A stretch of 64,000 nt of DNA from Eledone cirrhosa (taxonomy: Eukaryota). Positions 35,201-48,782 of the stretch are shown here, one piece after another. The stretch is taken from the NCBI GenBank assembly GCA_964016885.1, contig OZ024740.1, positions 288,982,001 to 289,046,000 of the forward strand, read 5' to 3'. The notes beneath the pieces were generated by a model. The model searched no databases. It was not told where the DNA came from and worked only from the letters and a program-made list of their open reading frames with translations. The translations under genes were made by a program, and so were the position numbers. Within the stretch, counting starts at the first letter, position 1. Each line of letters starts with the position of its first letter.

Positions 35201-37862
35201 GCTAGTAAGACCAAAGACCTGGACAGAAGTAACAAGAGCTAATCTCAAATCACTGAAGTTTACAGAAGAGATGATAAAGTGGAGAGATGCTGTACTGAGA
35301 AGGACCCATCTAACTCAGGCAAGTGTGGAACAGCAGACGTAAAATGATGATGATGATGATCTTCAAAGCCTAAAATGGTCTAACGAGCTGTGCCCTGTTG
35401 CTGTTTAATGATCTTATGGATTGGAAGGATAGATATCCTACACTTACTTGCAACTGGATGGGTTGACTGTCTATCATACAATATCCTTAGCTATGTGAAT
35501 TGAGACACAATAAAAGACACAGCTGGCAGGAACTCTAAAACATAAGTCCAATACTTTGACTTGAAGAATTTTTCTAATGTTGCATAAAATATATATAATT
35601 AAGTGGAAGCTAACATAATATAGCCCCCCCCCCCCCCCCCCCCCGCCAGAAAAAAAATTACAAAATCAATATTATGAATGGCAGTAATTCTTGATAAAGG
35701 CAAGGAAGATAACTCAAAAATTAAAATTGATTGAAACTTGAATGAAACTTGAATGATGCATGCGGTGGGGAGTGACTGATGTTTCATAAATAGTGACAAC
35801 TTTAGATATGTTTTGATCTTATTACAAAAACACTGTATGAGATTAAAGTAGTGAGGTTCTTAGAACTATGCCACTAAAGCTCTAAACCACTCCTGTTCCA
35901 CTGTTTAACTGGAAAGTAAGATGTGGTTTCAGTAATCTTCAGTGCAAAGATCAAATTTTTTTGAATAAGAATGATAATGATTTCTGTTTTTATAGGGAAC
36001 AGAGTGTATTTAGCTCTAAAGTAGTGATACATACTTTATTTACTCTTGTCAGATAAAAGTTGACTTTAGTGTGAATTAAATGGAGAATGTCACACTAAAC
36101 TCTGGAATTCATAAATCATTATTTGGCTTTCTACAGGCTCTTTCACCACCCTTACCCCACATTTTTTCTCCTTCAGGATATACCTTTTCACAACAAAAGA
36201 TATGTACTGTAAAACCTCTAAATAATTATATTTTGCTACATAATCTATTTTACTTCATAAATAATAATCAATCTATTTCACTATGTAATAAATAATCTAT
36301 TTTAGTGCATCACCTTATGTGCATTCTTGTGCATTTACTTAATGATTCTTGCATTGCTTCCTAGACAAGTATGGTGAAAGTTATGCTTCACCAATGAGGT
36401 CAGAATATGACTGAAACATTTTCAAGTTTCTCATACTGACTGATATTGTTTAAATATCAAATATTGACTGATGTTCTTTGCTGTACTGCATATTTCTAGT
36501 TAGTGTTTTAATTCTCTTTGCAATAAATATGTTAATACTTAGGTAGGATGGTATATTTGTTGGATAAGATGTTTTTACAAATTGATACACACCCTCTCTG
36601 TAGGTCATCATATTTGCAGAGTCATGCAGTATTTGTTCTACTTCTTTGCACTCTGAGTTTAAAACTCACCAGAGTCGTCTTTCATCCTTTTGTGCTTGAT
36701 AAAAAAAAGTACCAGTCGAATACTGGGGCCTGTTCTTTTCCTATATCTCTTTCTAATTGTCTCACTATAACTCTATTTCTCTCTCCTCTGGAAGAAATCA
36801 ACTGTGTTCAGACCTGAAGAGGGGATAGGCTCCAGCAGGTTTAAAATGCCCAAGACATACTGTATGTCATTATAGTATTCTTACGACCCCACCAGGAGTC
36901 AGGGATCCATACATATGTACTCTTCCTACCACTGACTACTCAGCTATAAAGTAGAGATGGAGCCTGTTTTATTGTTGTTCAGTCAGGAAAACTAATGCCA
37001 GAAGAATTAGGTGCTCTTTTGAGAGGTACAAAAACAATAATAGCTGATTTGAACACATGACTGTGTTCAATAGACCAGCAACTTAATATTACCGCCCATA
37101 TACATTTCAAGAATATCATAAATATTAATAATTTGTCTATGTGTGTGTGTGCATGCACATTTATATATAGCATAACTTGCAATACAATAGTTAAAATAAG
37201 ATAGATTAGCTTCAAGATTTTTAGCAAAAAATTCAGGTTTAGGCCTGTAGTAAAAGTTCACATTTCATAATTGGCATGTAGGTTGACCTCCTTTTATGGA
37301 TAGGTTTATTGAATTTATTATATTGTGTCACAACCCACTGTGTATATATGATATTATGTTGGTATTTATACTTATGAATGTGTGTGTTAAGTAGCATTAC
37401 TTATTTCCTGACATAGCTTGCTGTGTGACATTGTCATAGCATGTGTGGAGAACAATGGAAAAGTTTCCTCACTACCTTTGCTAAATAAGGCATCTAATCT
37501 ATGCATAATGTAAAAGAGAGATGTTCGTTTGTTGGTTTCTTTGGCATCACACAAAACGAAAAGTGACAATTGAAAAGTAAGTACAGCAATGGAATAAGGG
37601 TATACCCAGGAAGGTTTATTGATACTAATTTTATAAAATCAAAGAAGAAAAACATCTTCGGTATGATAACCAACCTGACTGCCATTTCTAGCAGGCTGGG
37701 AATCAACCATAAGGGATTCTCTCTGCGCGTTCATTGTCAGTGATGATCATGTTTTGTGGCCAGTGTCTCTGATTCAAATGCTGCTTTACACACACATACA
37801 CATACACATACACATTTATATATAATTATCTATATATATATATAATGTAAAAGATTGGAACT

Positions 37863-38399
37863 TTGATCATCCTTTTGAGAAACATGGACCTACCATGTCT
37901 ATGCAATGAAACATACTTTACAGCCAGGCAGAAAATAAACCGTCTCCTAGTGGTCACTATTCTTGGAGGCAATCATCAAGGAGAAAATGCATTTATTCTC
38001 AAAATTCCTCTTATCCTTTCCTCTACTGAGCTGCCTTTCAAACTTTCAAGACTTCAGTTCCCTGTTAGAGCCAGTTTTGCTATGACCGTACATAAAGCTC
38101 AAGCTTAGAGTTTCAAAGTTGTAGAATTGAATACAAGAGAATCACTTTTTACACGTGGACAGTTATATGTAGTTTGTTCATGAGTGGGAACACCTAGAAA
38201 TTTTCATATACTATGCATGAATGGTAAAACGAATAATCTGTTGTATCTGGAAGAATTTTTGATATTTTTTTTGTCACACACACACCACGGTCATGCCTCA
38301 TACTGTAAACCAGACAATGTATCCAATACAGTCGTTTTCTTTTCTACCTGTCTTCTGTTATCATCTGTTTACCTGTGTCAAGCTGGGTATGTCAGCTAG
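37863..38399 (+). mobile_element. Helitron RepHel (Pif1-type helicase) C-terminal pseudogene fragment with 3' terminus
   Basis: LLRNMD..LCN, LPFKLSRLQFPVRASFAMTVHKAQ, F.RGQLYV.CS, T.NLLY.E; ends in a decayed hairpin plus CTAG at 38396-38399. Confidence 0.85.
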
Positions 38400-38605
38400 T
38401 CTATGATTAGTTTAGAGGGAGGTGTGAATAAGAATATATAAGGTTCATGCCTTCTCAATTAAGGGATATGAAATGATTCCACCTATGAATACAAACTGAA
38501 TTGCTGATTTGAACTGCTGTAAACTTAACTTTAATACAATTTGTGCATGTGTGTGAGAGAGAGAGAGAGGGTACATATGTATTTGTGTTTGCCCGTGTGT
38601 ATATT

Positions 38606-38673
38606 ACACGCACACACACACACAGACAGACAGACATGCACACACACACACACGCACACACACACACACACAT

Positions 38674-38732
<59 letters not shown>
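38606..38732. repeat. (CA)n microsatellite
   Basis: Read directly; (TG)n also at 62558-62615. Confidence 0.95.
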
Positions 38733-38734
<2 letters not shown>

Positions 38735-39270
38735 ATATATATATACAAATTTAACTAGGAAATAAATTTAATTATTTGGAAGCCTGACAATGCAGGAGAT
38801 TATAAGTGCCAAGGTAATAGGAATTAAAGAAAGTAGGATAAAAGATTGAGAACGGTAGAATTTTACCTTACCAATTTTAATGATCTCGAAAACTTTCGGA
38901 TTTACTTTCCATTATCAAGGAAAGATGTGGGGTGGGGTTAGAGAACAATCTGAGAAGAATTGTTGATGGCTGGTTGATTTAATTTGAATGAATTTGAATC
39001 CCACACCTCAGTGAAGAAACCACCAATGCTATATGCAAAGCCATCAGGAGAGAGTACCTCAATATCAGACTGGCTCACTTGGGACCTTCCCTGCGGGGAT
39101 GCCTATCCACAACCAGTGAAGATAACAGAGGCACACTAGCCAATTGCTCTATCTGCAAAACTAATTGTTGCCTATGTGGTATATAGGTTAGAATGTGACA
39201 AATGAAACCATAGGCAGCACTATTCAACCATTTCATTTCCGAAGAATTAAAGGACACATTAACCCTTTAA

Positions 39271-39491
39271 CTCTTTAGCATTTAAATTACTGTATATATA
39301 CTATTGTATTTTCATTGTAAAGGCTTTATCTTATATAATTATCTCACATGATATCGAATCTACAAGATTTTGATATTATTTATTTTAAGAAAATGACCTT
39401 AACATAAGTGTGAGCCACCAGTTACAGCGAGTTTGAACAGAAAGAGGTGAGAGATTTCTGGCCGGATATGGCCGGTTTAAATGCTAAAGAG
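39271..39491. mobile_element. piggyBac-type MITE (221 bp)
   Basis: TTAA|ctctttagcatttaaa ... tttaaatgctaaagag|TTAA: perfect 16-bp TIRs with TTAA target site duplication. Confidence 0.85.
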
Positions 39492-39499
39492 TTAACACC

Positions 39500-40890
39500 C
39501 ACTTCTCTTCCTTCCACAAACACATCATCAAATGTGGAAACCAGGACAATAAAATAATCACCACCGTTTTGGCTACCGAACACAGTATAGGCACGCTGAG
39601 AATCAAGGAGGCTCACTTGATCAAGCAACTAAAACCTGCCATCAATAATAGAATGGAAAGAAGTGTGCCAGAAGGGCTAATTTAACTTGTCCAACCTAAT
39701 TATGCCATTGTTCCAACATGCCAGCTGCCCGCTCTAACAAACATCCGCTCCTTTGGCTGAGTCAAGGCAACTAATGTTAACAGCATGAAAATCCCTTAAT
39801 AGCTATGAATAGTCATCCAGTTTGACATGGTCAATACTAGCAGCAAGCACATTCATTACTAGCTTCGAGTGGTCATCTAGCAGACACATAAACAAAGAAA
39901 TGTCACAGATCAACTACACACACACACCTTTTACTCCCTTACCTTGAAATCTGTGTTCCTCATTACACATACATACTTACACTCACACACACACATACAT
40001 ATACACATATTCACAGCTGCACTCATTAAGAATAACCTACAGTAAGGACAGATTTGCATGAGTGAATAATGAGAGCAGTAGTGAAAGAATGAATATTTTC
40101 CCCTATAGTCCTGCTTTAACTATAAACAAAAAAATATATACATTAGATATCTTGTCTTTAAAACATAGAAATATCCGAGACCCCCAGTAGACAACTGATG
40201 AGGAAAACTCCCCCCCCCCCCCCTCGTTCTTGCTTTCTTTGTATTCCCACTGCATTTTAAGTTACCTTAAATAGCAACTACACAGCCATTTCTATTCTCC
40301 ATATATTTCATCATGTTTTTCGCTGTGACCATTCTTCTCTCTCCTTCTACCTTCCTATTTCGCTACTTTCTACTCTCACCCCTCTTTCTACCTCTCCCCT
40401 TCTCCCTATCTACTCTTACCCCACTTTCTTCCTCTCCCTTTCTCCCTCTCCCTTTCACCCCTCGCCTGACCGTTTAGCAGTTCTCTTCTCACTTACAAAT
40501 GCGGCGATCGGACGTGTGTCTCTTTCCTCTCGACCACTCAGTTTTGAACTTAAGTTGTCTTATCGTGTGGTCTTGGATTTCCTATCTATAGTTGCTCGCA
40601 CATTGCTCGGTTTGTTTGTTTTTTTCGCTGTTTTGTTACTGTTTTCTCTTTTCTGCCCCTTTGCTTTCCTTCCCCTCTTCTTCCGTTTTCCCAATAACTT
40701 ACCCAATTATTGAACGCCCTGGGCGGTAGATATCTTGTCTTTAAAGCATAGAAATATCCGAGACCCCTAGTAGACAACTGATGAGGAACCCCCCCCCCCC
40801 CACGTTCTTGCTTTCTTCATATTCCTACTGCATTTTAAGTTACCTTAAATAGGAACTACACAGCCATTTCTATTCTCCATATATTTCATT
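39500..40890 (+). mobile_element. Probable Penelope-like remnant with ~165-bp direct repeat (pLTR-like)
   Basis: About 39580-39665 translates HSIGTLRIKEAHLIKQLKPAINNRME, resembling a GIY-YIG C-terminal E...I....P..N motif; direct repeat 40144-40311 / 40727-40889. The region may be two separate elements. Confidence 0.55.
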
Positions 40891-40902
40891 ATATATATAT
40901 AT

Positions 40903-41300
40903 ATGAGGTTTATTGAAAAAGTATCTGATATTAGGCTGGACACAGCCAAGTGATCCTTCCATTGATCAAAACACTTCTAGTATGGCTCTCAGCTTTTCCA
41001 TCACATTCCACATGATGTTCTCTAAGCCATCAAAGTTGGTGCCTTTCAGTGGCATCTTCAGTTTTGGGAACAACTAGAAGTCAGAAGGAGCCATATCAGG
41101 AGAGTAGGGAGCTAGGTGAATAAGAAAAATACTTTTCTTGGTGAAAAAACCTTGAATCAGCTGTGACAAATGAGCCAGGGGATTTTCATGATGCAGCTGT
41201 CAGTTTTCCAAGACCCACAGATTTTGTATCTTGCCCCAAACTACATCATGAGGACATTGGAGGTCTTCCTGATAGTATTCCGTTGTAACTATTTATCCTT
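40903..41300 (-). mobile_element. Mariner (Tc1/mariner) transposase C-terminal fragment
   Basis: Reverse translation LHHENPLAHLS...APYSPDMAPSDF*LFPKLKMPLKG matches the mariner HHDNAPAH and YSPDLAPSDF motifs. Confidence 0.82.
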
Positions 41301-42229
41301 TTGGTGGTGTCATGTAAAAAGCACCCCATACACCCTGGTAGATGGTTGATGTTTAGAAGGGCATCCAGCCACAGGAACCATGCCAAATTGGAATGTATGA
41401 GCAAAATGGCTTGATCTGACTCAGCTGGTCTCTAGGACCATAACAATATGTCCAACTAATGTCAAAATGGAAAGTGGAGGTAAAGATATGTTAGTATGCA
41501 TGTGTGTGTGTGTGTGCTTAGAAAATGAGACAAAGAGAAGTAAGGGAGAGAATGATAAATAACAGGTGAATGGTGATATGGTTTTTACTACTCCATCCAT
41601 GTTTATTTTCAAGGTTGTCATTAGAAATAATAAATCAGAGAGATTATAAATTAGCTGCTTGTTGTAAGTTATAGCACTATGAGTTCAAGTGTTCAAGTAT
41701 CTCTTGGCCTAGTTTTATGTTTCTTATCACTAAATGAACTGCCATAAACATAATAAATTGTTTCATTAGCAGATACAACATAACCCCTATATGTGCTCTC
41801 TCTCTCTTTCACACACAATGTACATAGACCCCCTACTGTCCTTATGAAACATACTAGTCAAGGGGGTTATATGGCTTACTGTTGGTTGAAAGATGAAAAA
41901 TTTGTATCCTACTAAATGCTTACCCAGGGGACACAGTATAATTTTGAAAATTATATATATCAATTTCATTAATTATAATGAACCAGACAATTAGATTTCC
42001 TCTAGGTTTACTCGCTATCTACACCCAATGAATTTACAAAAATCATATATTATAAATACAAATTAGCATATCAGAGTGGACATAATACGTTACATAGTGA
42101 ATAAATGGATTAGTGTGGGGGCACAAAGAATGCTCTGAACTGTACAGTTTCATGGCCACACCCACGTGTAGTTGATGCATTAACAAACATCACACACAGA
42201 AATCACATGTTAATACCAAAAAAATCCAA

Positions 42230-43200
42230 CAAAGCTCACATAGTCGGGACCGATGGGGCGAATCTTCGGCAGAGTTCAGTCATAAATACTAGTGAGGAGA
42301 TTTGTCCAAGACACTAGCAGGGACAAAAATTAACCCCACTGTGGCAGAGGAGTAGTTTCACACTGGCAACATCGTGTGACCTAAAGAGGAAGGCAGTAGA
42401 ATTCCATCATTACAACAAAGCACACTATTGGCAGTTAAATTCAAACGGTTAAGTACATTGTGCAGCTCTATTTAACATGCCATGTAGAGTAAGTTTCTTC
42501 AGATATTGATAACTGTAATAGTAGTACAAAAATGCAATCAAATACTAACTGTTGATGTTATAGTTGGTAACAAAGTAGTTAGAAAGCTGGTGTCTCAAGA
42601 TCCCCTAACTCACTTGAACATTTCCATATGATTTGGAGGCATATTCTGCAGCACTATAGACCAAGGCTAGGGCACTGGTACATAGACTGGATGTGCAAGC
42701 ACCTCATGATAAGCCTTCCAAGCCGTGTAGAAGGTTGTTCTTTGTGGACACTTTTGCACATAAGGACTTGACCTCCTCGAGTTGGGCCCTGGAAACTGAT
42801 CACTAATCAGTCAAATGACAACAACCTGAGACAGTAGCAGCATTCAAGGTATCTGTTGTAGAATATGCCTCTCAGCATAACCAGATATTAATCATCCTTA
42901 TTGATGCACTAAAACAACAGTGTAGCAGCATCAGTGCAATGAGAATCAACACCAAGTTGTACCGTTTTTTTCCTCAAGGATGGAGAGAAAAGAAAATGTA
43001 AAGAGCATAAACAAAAGAAAGTAAATACCCAGACTTCTGCATGGTGTTAATGAGTGGTAGGTGCAGAGGCAATTGGAAGAAGTGCTCTTGTTTCTAAGCC
43101 ATATTGCAGTAAAGAAATAGCATTCTGACCACATGGCATGGTCTGATTTGATGAAATGGTCCTGATTGTTGAGTTGATGGTGATCAAAGAAGGCAATATG
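42230..43200 (-). mobile_element. Decayed Ingi/Vingi-like (I group) LINE fragment
   Basis: About 42640-42750 reverse-translates to KNNLLHGLEGLS*GACTSSLCTSALALVYSAAEYA, resembling the NNLLxKLAGxxWGA...LRTSALALxYSxAEY motif; boundaries uncertain. Confidence 0.55.
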
Positions 43201-43559
43201 GGATGGGCACATGAAAGGTAGGGTTAAAAAAAAGGACTAAGGGAATTTTTTGAAGCACAAGAATGGCAGCTAATGCAGCTTGTGAGTGAATGTGGTAGAT
43301 GGAAACTTGTAAAAGCTCCTTTTATACTTATATATATATATACATACAAATGAAAAACGGAGTTAAAAACTTGCATTAATACCCTGTAATTAATGAGCTC
43401 TGTCAGTAGTTTGTCCAGGAGTTTAATAGTTATTGAAATGGTTAGTACATTTTAATTAATTTTTTCCGGTTATTATGTATTTTCCGTTCATAGATTATAT
43501 GCATTGCACCAAAGTGGTTTTTCAACACATGTAATTCAAAACAGACTTCTTTGTGTGTT

Positions 43560-43842
43560 TCATCATCATCATCATCATCATTTTACGTCCGCTTTTCCCT
43601 GCTTGCAAGGGTGAGATGGGAACTGATTCTGGCTTGATTTCTACAGCTGGATGCCCTTCCTAACACCAACCTCATTTACAGTGAGTGCTGGGTGCTTTTT
43701 TTGCCGTGGCACGTCCATGACCACTTTGCAGTGGAATGATAGGGACCCCAGTCCCTATCATCTCATTTCTACAGCTGAGTAAACTGGAGCAATGTGAAAT
43801 AAAGTGTCTTGCTCAAGGAAACAACACATCACCCGGTCTGAG

Positions 43843-43843
<1 letters not shown>
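43560..43843 (-). mobile_element. SINE family A, 5'-truncated
   Basis: Reverse complement of the 4573-4953 body and tail. Confidence 0.88.
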
Positions 43844-43913
<70 letters not shown>

Positions 43914-44874
43914 GCATATGTGTGTGTGCGTGTGCGCGTGTGCACATAAAAAATCAAAAGCATCTCTGTAAAGGAACAATGTAAAAGAACCTCTACCAGC
44001 ATTATTAAATCATATAATATTGGTGCTACAAAAACATGCACCGAGTGCACTCTGTAAATTGGTAGTGCTGTTGCCATGATAAAAGTACCTGGTACACTCT
44101 GTAAAATAGTTGGCATTAAGAAGGGCTTCCAACCATAGAAACGAGGGCCAAAATATGGAACTTTTGAGCAAGACACGATTCCCCGACCATTTTAGTCTCA
44201 GACTGTGACAACTCACCAAACCATTGCCAGCATGGTAAGCAGATATAAAATGATGATGATGTTGTTGTTAATGATGATGTAGATAATAGAACATTTCTAC
44301 TATTTTTTTAATGAGCCATTCACAGCTGTCTTTGGCCTTTAGATTAATCACCTACCTGCTGCATCTGTGCACCCAGTGCATTTAAAATGTCAGACTACAC
44401 CTCTTATGTATCTATCAGAATGTCTACACCTTTCTAATGTATTTACTTACATTCTGATATTGAGCATTGCTACTTTCCTGGTGCTAATAGACTGAAAGTA
44501 ATATCTATATTATTGTTTGAATTCTTGGAATGGGAAGAATTAATAACAAGCAAAAGCACAACAATAAAACATTAACATTACAATGCAAAAAGTTTTTTTT
44601 AACTTTTCCACAAAGTTGTTAATAGAGATTGAGGGATATGATGTAACTATCATCTGTTGTTATAAATGATGAAAAGTAATTGGGGGAAAGGAAAAGGATT
44701 AAAAGACATTTTGAGCCATATCATGTTTAGACATGAGATGTATATAGATTTCATAGTTCTATATTTAGAACAAGATAATTGATTAAAACATGAAATAATG
44801 TTTTTTACAGCAGTTTTGATTTACAATTAAAACAATTTGTGTAATTATTAATTAACACTGATATTAAATTACAG

Positions 44875-45012
44875 GCCACCAGCAATGTAGTTCTTAATCG
44901 CTCTCCAGAACATTCCGAATTCCGACAACTGACTTTCAAGAATGTTGGCACTGTATATGATCTATTAGCTATAGCATTGGTGAAAAGGGCTCACTTCACT
45001 TTACTAGCTGAG
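44875..45012 (+). CDS. TTC7: TTC7 exon D (138 nt): ATSNVVLNRSPEHSEFRQLTFKNVGTVYDLLAIALVKRAHFTLLAE
   Basis: ttacag| acceptor and |gtgagt donor; 46 codons, no stop. Confidence 0.92.
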
Positions 45013-45654
45013 GTGAGTATTTTTATATTTATATATATATATTAATCATCTTGACTCCAAACTATGTTTACTTTCAACCTGTTTCAGTGTGTTTTGATGT
45101 CGTATGATTTTGGTGTAAAAACATTGTTGACAATAATCAACGAATACGAGTGAATACAACTAACATACCATGAAAAATAAATAAGGATTGATTTGAATGA
45201 CTGCCATGAAACAGTAGCTTTATTGAGCAGGTTTTCTTATTGTTTTGCTAGATTTATTTAGCATTTGTTAATCTATTATTTATTATGAGAGTGTAGCTGT
45301 CGAACATCCTCATGTTCACTTAATCTCTCAGCTGAATTTGCCACCTTTCTACAGAGTGATGGATGCCGTCCTTCTTCAGAGGGTGGGGTGGTGAAGTAGG
45401 GTTGAATTTCATACAAATACAAGAGAGAAAAAAAAGATATCAAAGCAGTTACGGAAATATTGGTTTTATCAGCATAATTATCTTTTGAACTTGGCCTTCA
45501 TCTATTTCTGGCAACTGAGGAAGGTTTTGCAGTTAGGACAGTTTTAATACTGAATTGGCAGACGTTCATCTCTCTCTCTCTGTCTCACACACAACATGGT
45601 CTAGGTATTTTACTAGATGTACTTTTTCTTATTACTCTTTATTTTACATTTCAG

Positions 45655-45738
45655 AGCTATGAGAGAGCTATGCGCTTTTCTTTTGATGAATTCCATATAT
45701 GGTACCAATTTGCGAATTCCCTAATATGTACTGGAAAG
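45655..45738 (+). CDS. TTC7: TTC7 exon E (84 nt): SYERAMRFSFDEFHIWYQFANSLICTGK
   Basis: Pyrimidine tract with tttcag| acceptor and |gtgagt donor; 28 codons. Confidence 0.94.
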
Positions 45739-46319
45739 GTGAGTATTGGTTGCATTCTCGTCCAAGTTATTATATCTGTTAGGCTCAGTAGCAGTGAGGT
45801 TAAAGTACTAGATTACTGATTCACACATTATTTATGATTTAAACTGTTTTTTTATAAAAAGTAATTCAGTCGTTAGATGTACAGGTTGTACAATTGTTCC
45901 ATATAGATACATGTATGTATGTGTGTGCGAATGTATGCATGCACAGGCATTGCTTGATATGTGACATTTTTTGCGATGCATGGTATTGCTGGCCATAGGC
46001 AAGTCCCTTGCAGGACTAAAAAGCCATGTCCGTGATGCTCATGCTTAAGTATCAAGCAATGGTATTACTTGAAATCAAGTTGCAGCCATTATGTATGTAT
46101 GATATCATCATCGTCGTCATTTTTATGTCCATATTTTCATGCTGGCATAAGTTGGACAAGATGGTTTGAGACAATCGTTTGTAGCAGATGCCCTTCCTAA
46201 TACTAACCCATTTTGTCACCTCTTATGACATGCAGAAATACAGTGTGCCTATTCTAAAAACTGGGATACATACACTCTCACACCCCTCTTCCTCCTTACC
46301 ATCATCCTCATCATCTTGA

Positions 46320-46620
46320 TGACTGACCAAGGGTTTGACCTGGAAAGTTCCTCTCCAAGACACAAACAAGGTGTTTTTGTGGAAGACCAGTTCCCAACCT
46401 TTTCTCTCCATAACACTAATGTTGTCCAAGGCAGAGGCAAATGGTGATATAACTTGGCATCAGTGTCATCATAACCTATTTTTTTCAGTTCAGTGGATGG
46501 GAGCAATGTATAATAAAGTGTCTTGTTCAAGGACACAACATGTTGCCCAATTCAGAAATTGAACTTATGGCTTTAGGATTGTGAGTCCTACATTCTAACT
46601 CCTCAGCCATATGCCTTCAC
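46320..46620 (-). mobile_element. SINE family C, older copy
   Basis: Collinear with 6014-6354. Confidence 0.75.
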
Positions 46621-47878
46621 TATCAACAATGATTCACATCAATGATTGATATAACAATTGTTTCTTCAAGATGGCATGATTTGGATAGGCTTATAGTACA
46701 GCACATTGCATTATTTTTCAATTTTGTTTTTCAGTATAGGGATTTTTTTTCATTCTTATCCTGCCAAGTATTTTGAAATTTCTAATATCATTGTATAGAA
46801 TTTTTTCACTCAGCATTCATTGTTGATTTGCTTCACATGGTCCAGTCCATTGTAGTAATATTTCTGTGTATTTTATTTCATGTATTATATACTCTGCCAT
46901 TTGTACTCCAAGACAATGTAAGAACTCTTTAGTTTTATAGGATACAAGTCATTAGTGCTGGTGCCACAGTAAAATGCTCCCAGTACACTCTGTAAAGTGG
47001 TTAGCAAACATACGGAGATTACATAGAGTTGAGTGAACTATTTAGTTTTGCCCAAAATATGACAGCTTTTCAAGTGCTAATGCCAAAATATGCACCCAGT
47101 ACACTCTGTAAAGTGCTTATATTAGGAAAGCCATCCATCTGTAGAAAACATGCCAAAGATAGAATGTAGGAGCAAGACTTGGTATTCTGACTTTTCTAGG
47201 AGGACAGTGTTTTAAAATATGAACTGACTCACACTGAACAACCTGTCCAACATATACTAGCATGGGAAATGGACAGAAAATGATGATGATGAGGAGGTTA
47301 ATACACACATAGGCACATGCATAGCTGTGTGGTTAAGAAGTTTACTACAACATGGTTCTGTGTAGCACCTTAGATAAATGTCTTCTGCAGTAACTTTGAA
47401 TTGACCAATGTCTTGTGAATGAAATTTGGTACATAGCAACTGTGTGTGTGAAAGCCTATTGTATGTGTGTATTTATGTTTATAAAGTTGTTAAAACCAAT
47501 GTTGTGTAAATGTTGTATCCCTTTAAGTCACGTAACTTAGCAATTTGATAAAGAGATTTCTATAAAATGAGACTGAAATAAGTACCAAAGTTGTGGTGAT
47601 TCACTAAACCATCTAAACTATAATAAAGTTGATATTAATGTCCCAGCATGGCTACAGTCCAAATAACTGAAACCAGTAAAGCAATGAAAATTATGTGTGT
47701 GTGAATATGAATAAATCCTATCCTGATGGTTGAAAGTTAGGGTGGGGGCTCTAATTTAGACACAAGGTCAGCGAGGTTATATATATATGTGTGTGTATGG
47801 TTATATCTATCTATTTATCTGTCACTCACTGTCCCTTTCTTTATATTTATGTATATATATATATATATTATATATATA

Positions 47879-47957
<79 letters not shown>

Positions 47958-47984
47958 GTGTGTGTATATATATATATGTATGTA

Positions 47985-48330
47985 TCATCATCATCATCAT
48001 CATTTCATTTTACGTCCGCTTTTCCCTGCTTGCAAGGGTGGGACGGGAACTGATTCTGGCTTGATTTCTACAGCTGGATGCCCTTCCTAACACCAACCTC
48101 ATTTACAGTGAGTGCTGGGTGCTTTTTTACCGTGGCGCCTCCACGACCACTTTGCAGTGGAATGATAGGGACCCCAGTCCCTATCATCTCATTTCTACAG
48201 CTGAGTAAACTGGAGCAATGTGAAATAAAGTATCTTGCTCAAGGACACAACACATCACTCAGTCTGAGAATTGAACTCACAACCTTTCGATTGCAAGGCC
48301 AATGCTCTAACCACTTAGCCATGTGCCTCC
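47985..48330 (-). mobile_element. SINE family A, full length
   Basis: Complete tRNA head through (GAT)n tail; TA-rich flanks. Confidence 0.9.
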
Positions 48331-48376
48331 ATATATGTATATGTATGTATATATATGTATATGTATGTGTATATAT

Positions 48377-48692
48377 ATCATCATCATCATCATTTTACGT
48401 CCGCTTTTCCCTGCTTGCAAGGGTGGGACAGGACGGGAACTGATTCTGGCTTGATTTCTACAGCTGGATGCCCTTCCTAACACCAACTTCATTTACAGTG
48501 AGTGCTGGGTGCTTTTTTTTCCGTGGCGCCTACACGTCCACTTTACAGTGTGAACTGGGTGCTTTTTTGCTGTGGCACCTCCATGACCACTTGCAGTGGA
48601 ATGATAGGGACCCCAGTCCAATCATCTCATTTCTACAGCTGAGTAAACTGGAGCAATGTGAAATAAAGTGTCTTGCTCAAGGAAACAACACA
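48377..48692 (-). mobile_element. SINE family A, 5'-truncated, tandem to the previous copy
   Basis: CORE-like domain, hairpin, three tail repeats and (GAT)n. Confidence 0.88.
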
Positions 48693-48743
48693 AGGAAACA
48701 ACATATATGTATGTATATATATATATATGTATATGTATGTATA

Positions 48744-48782
<39 letters not shown>

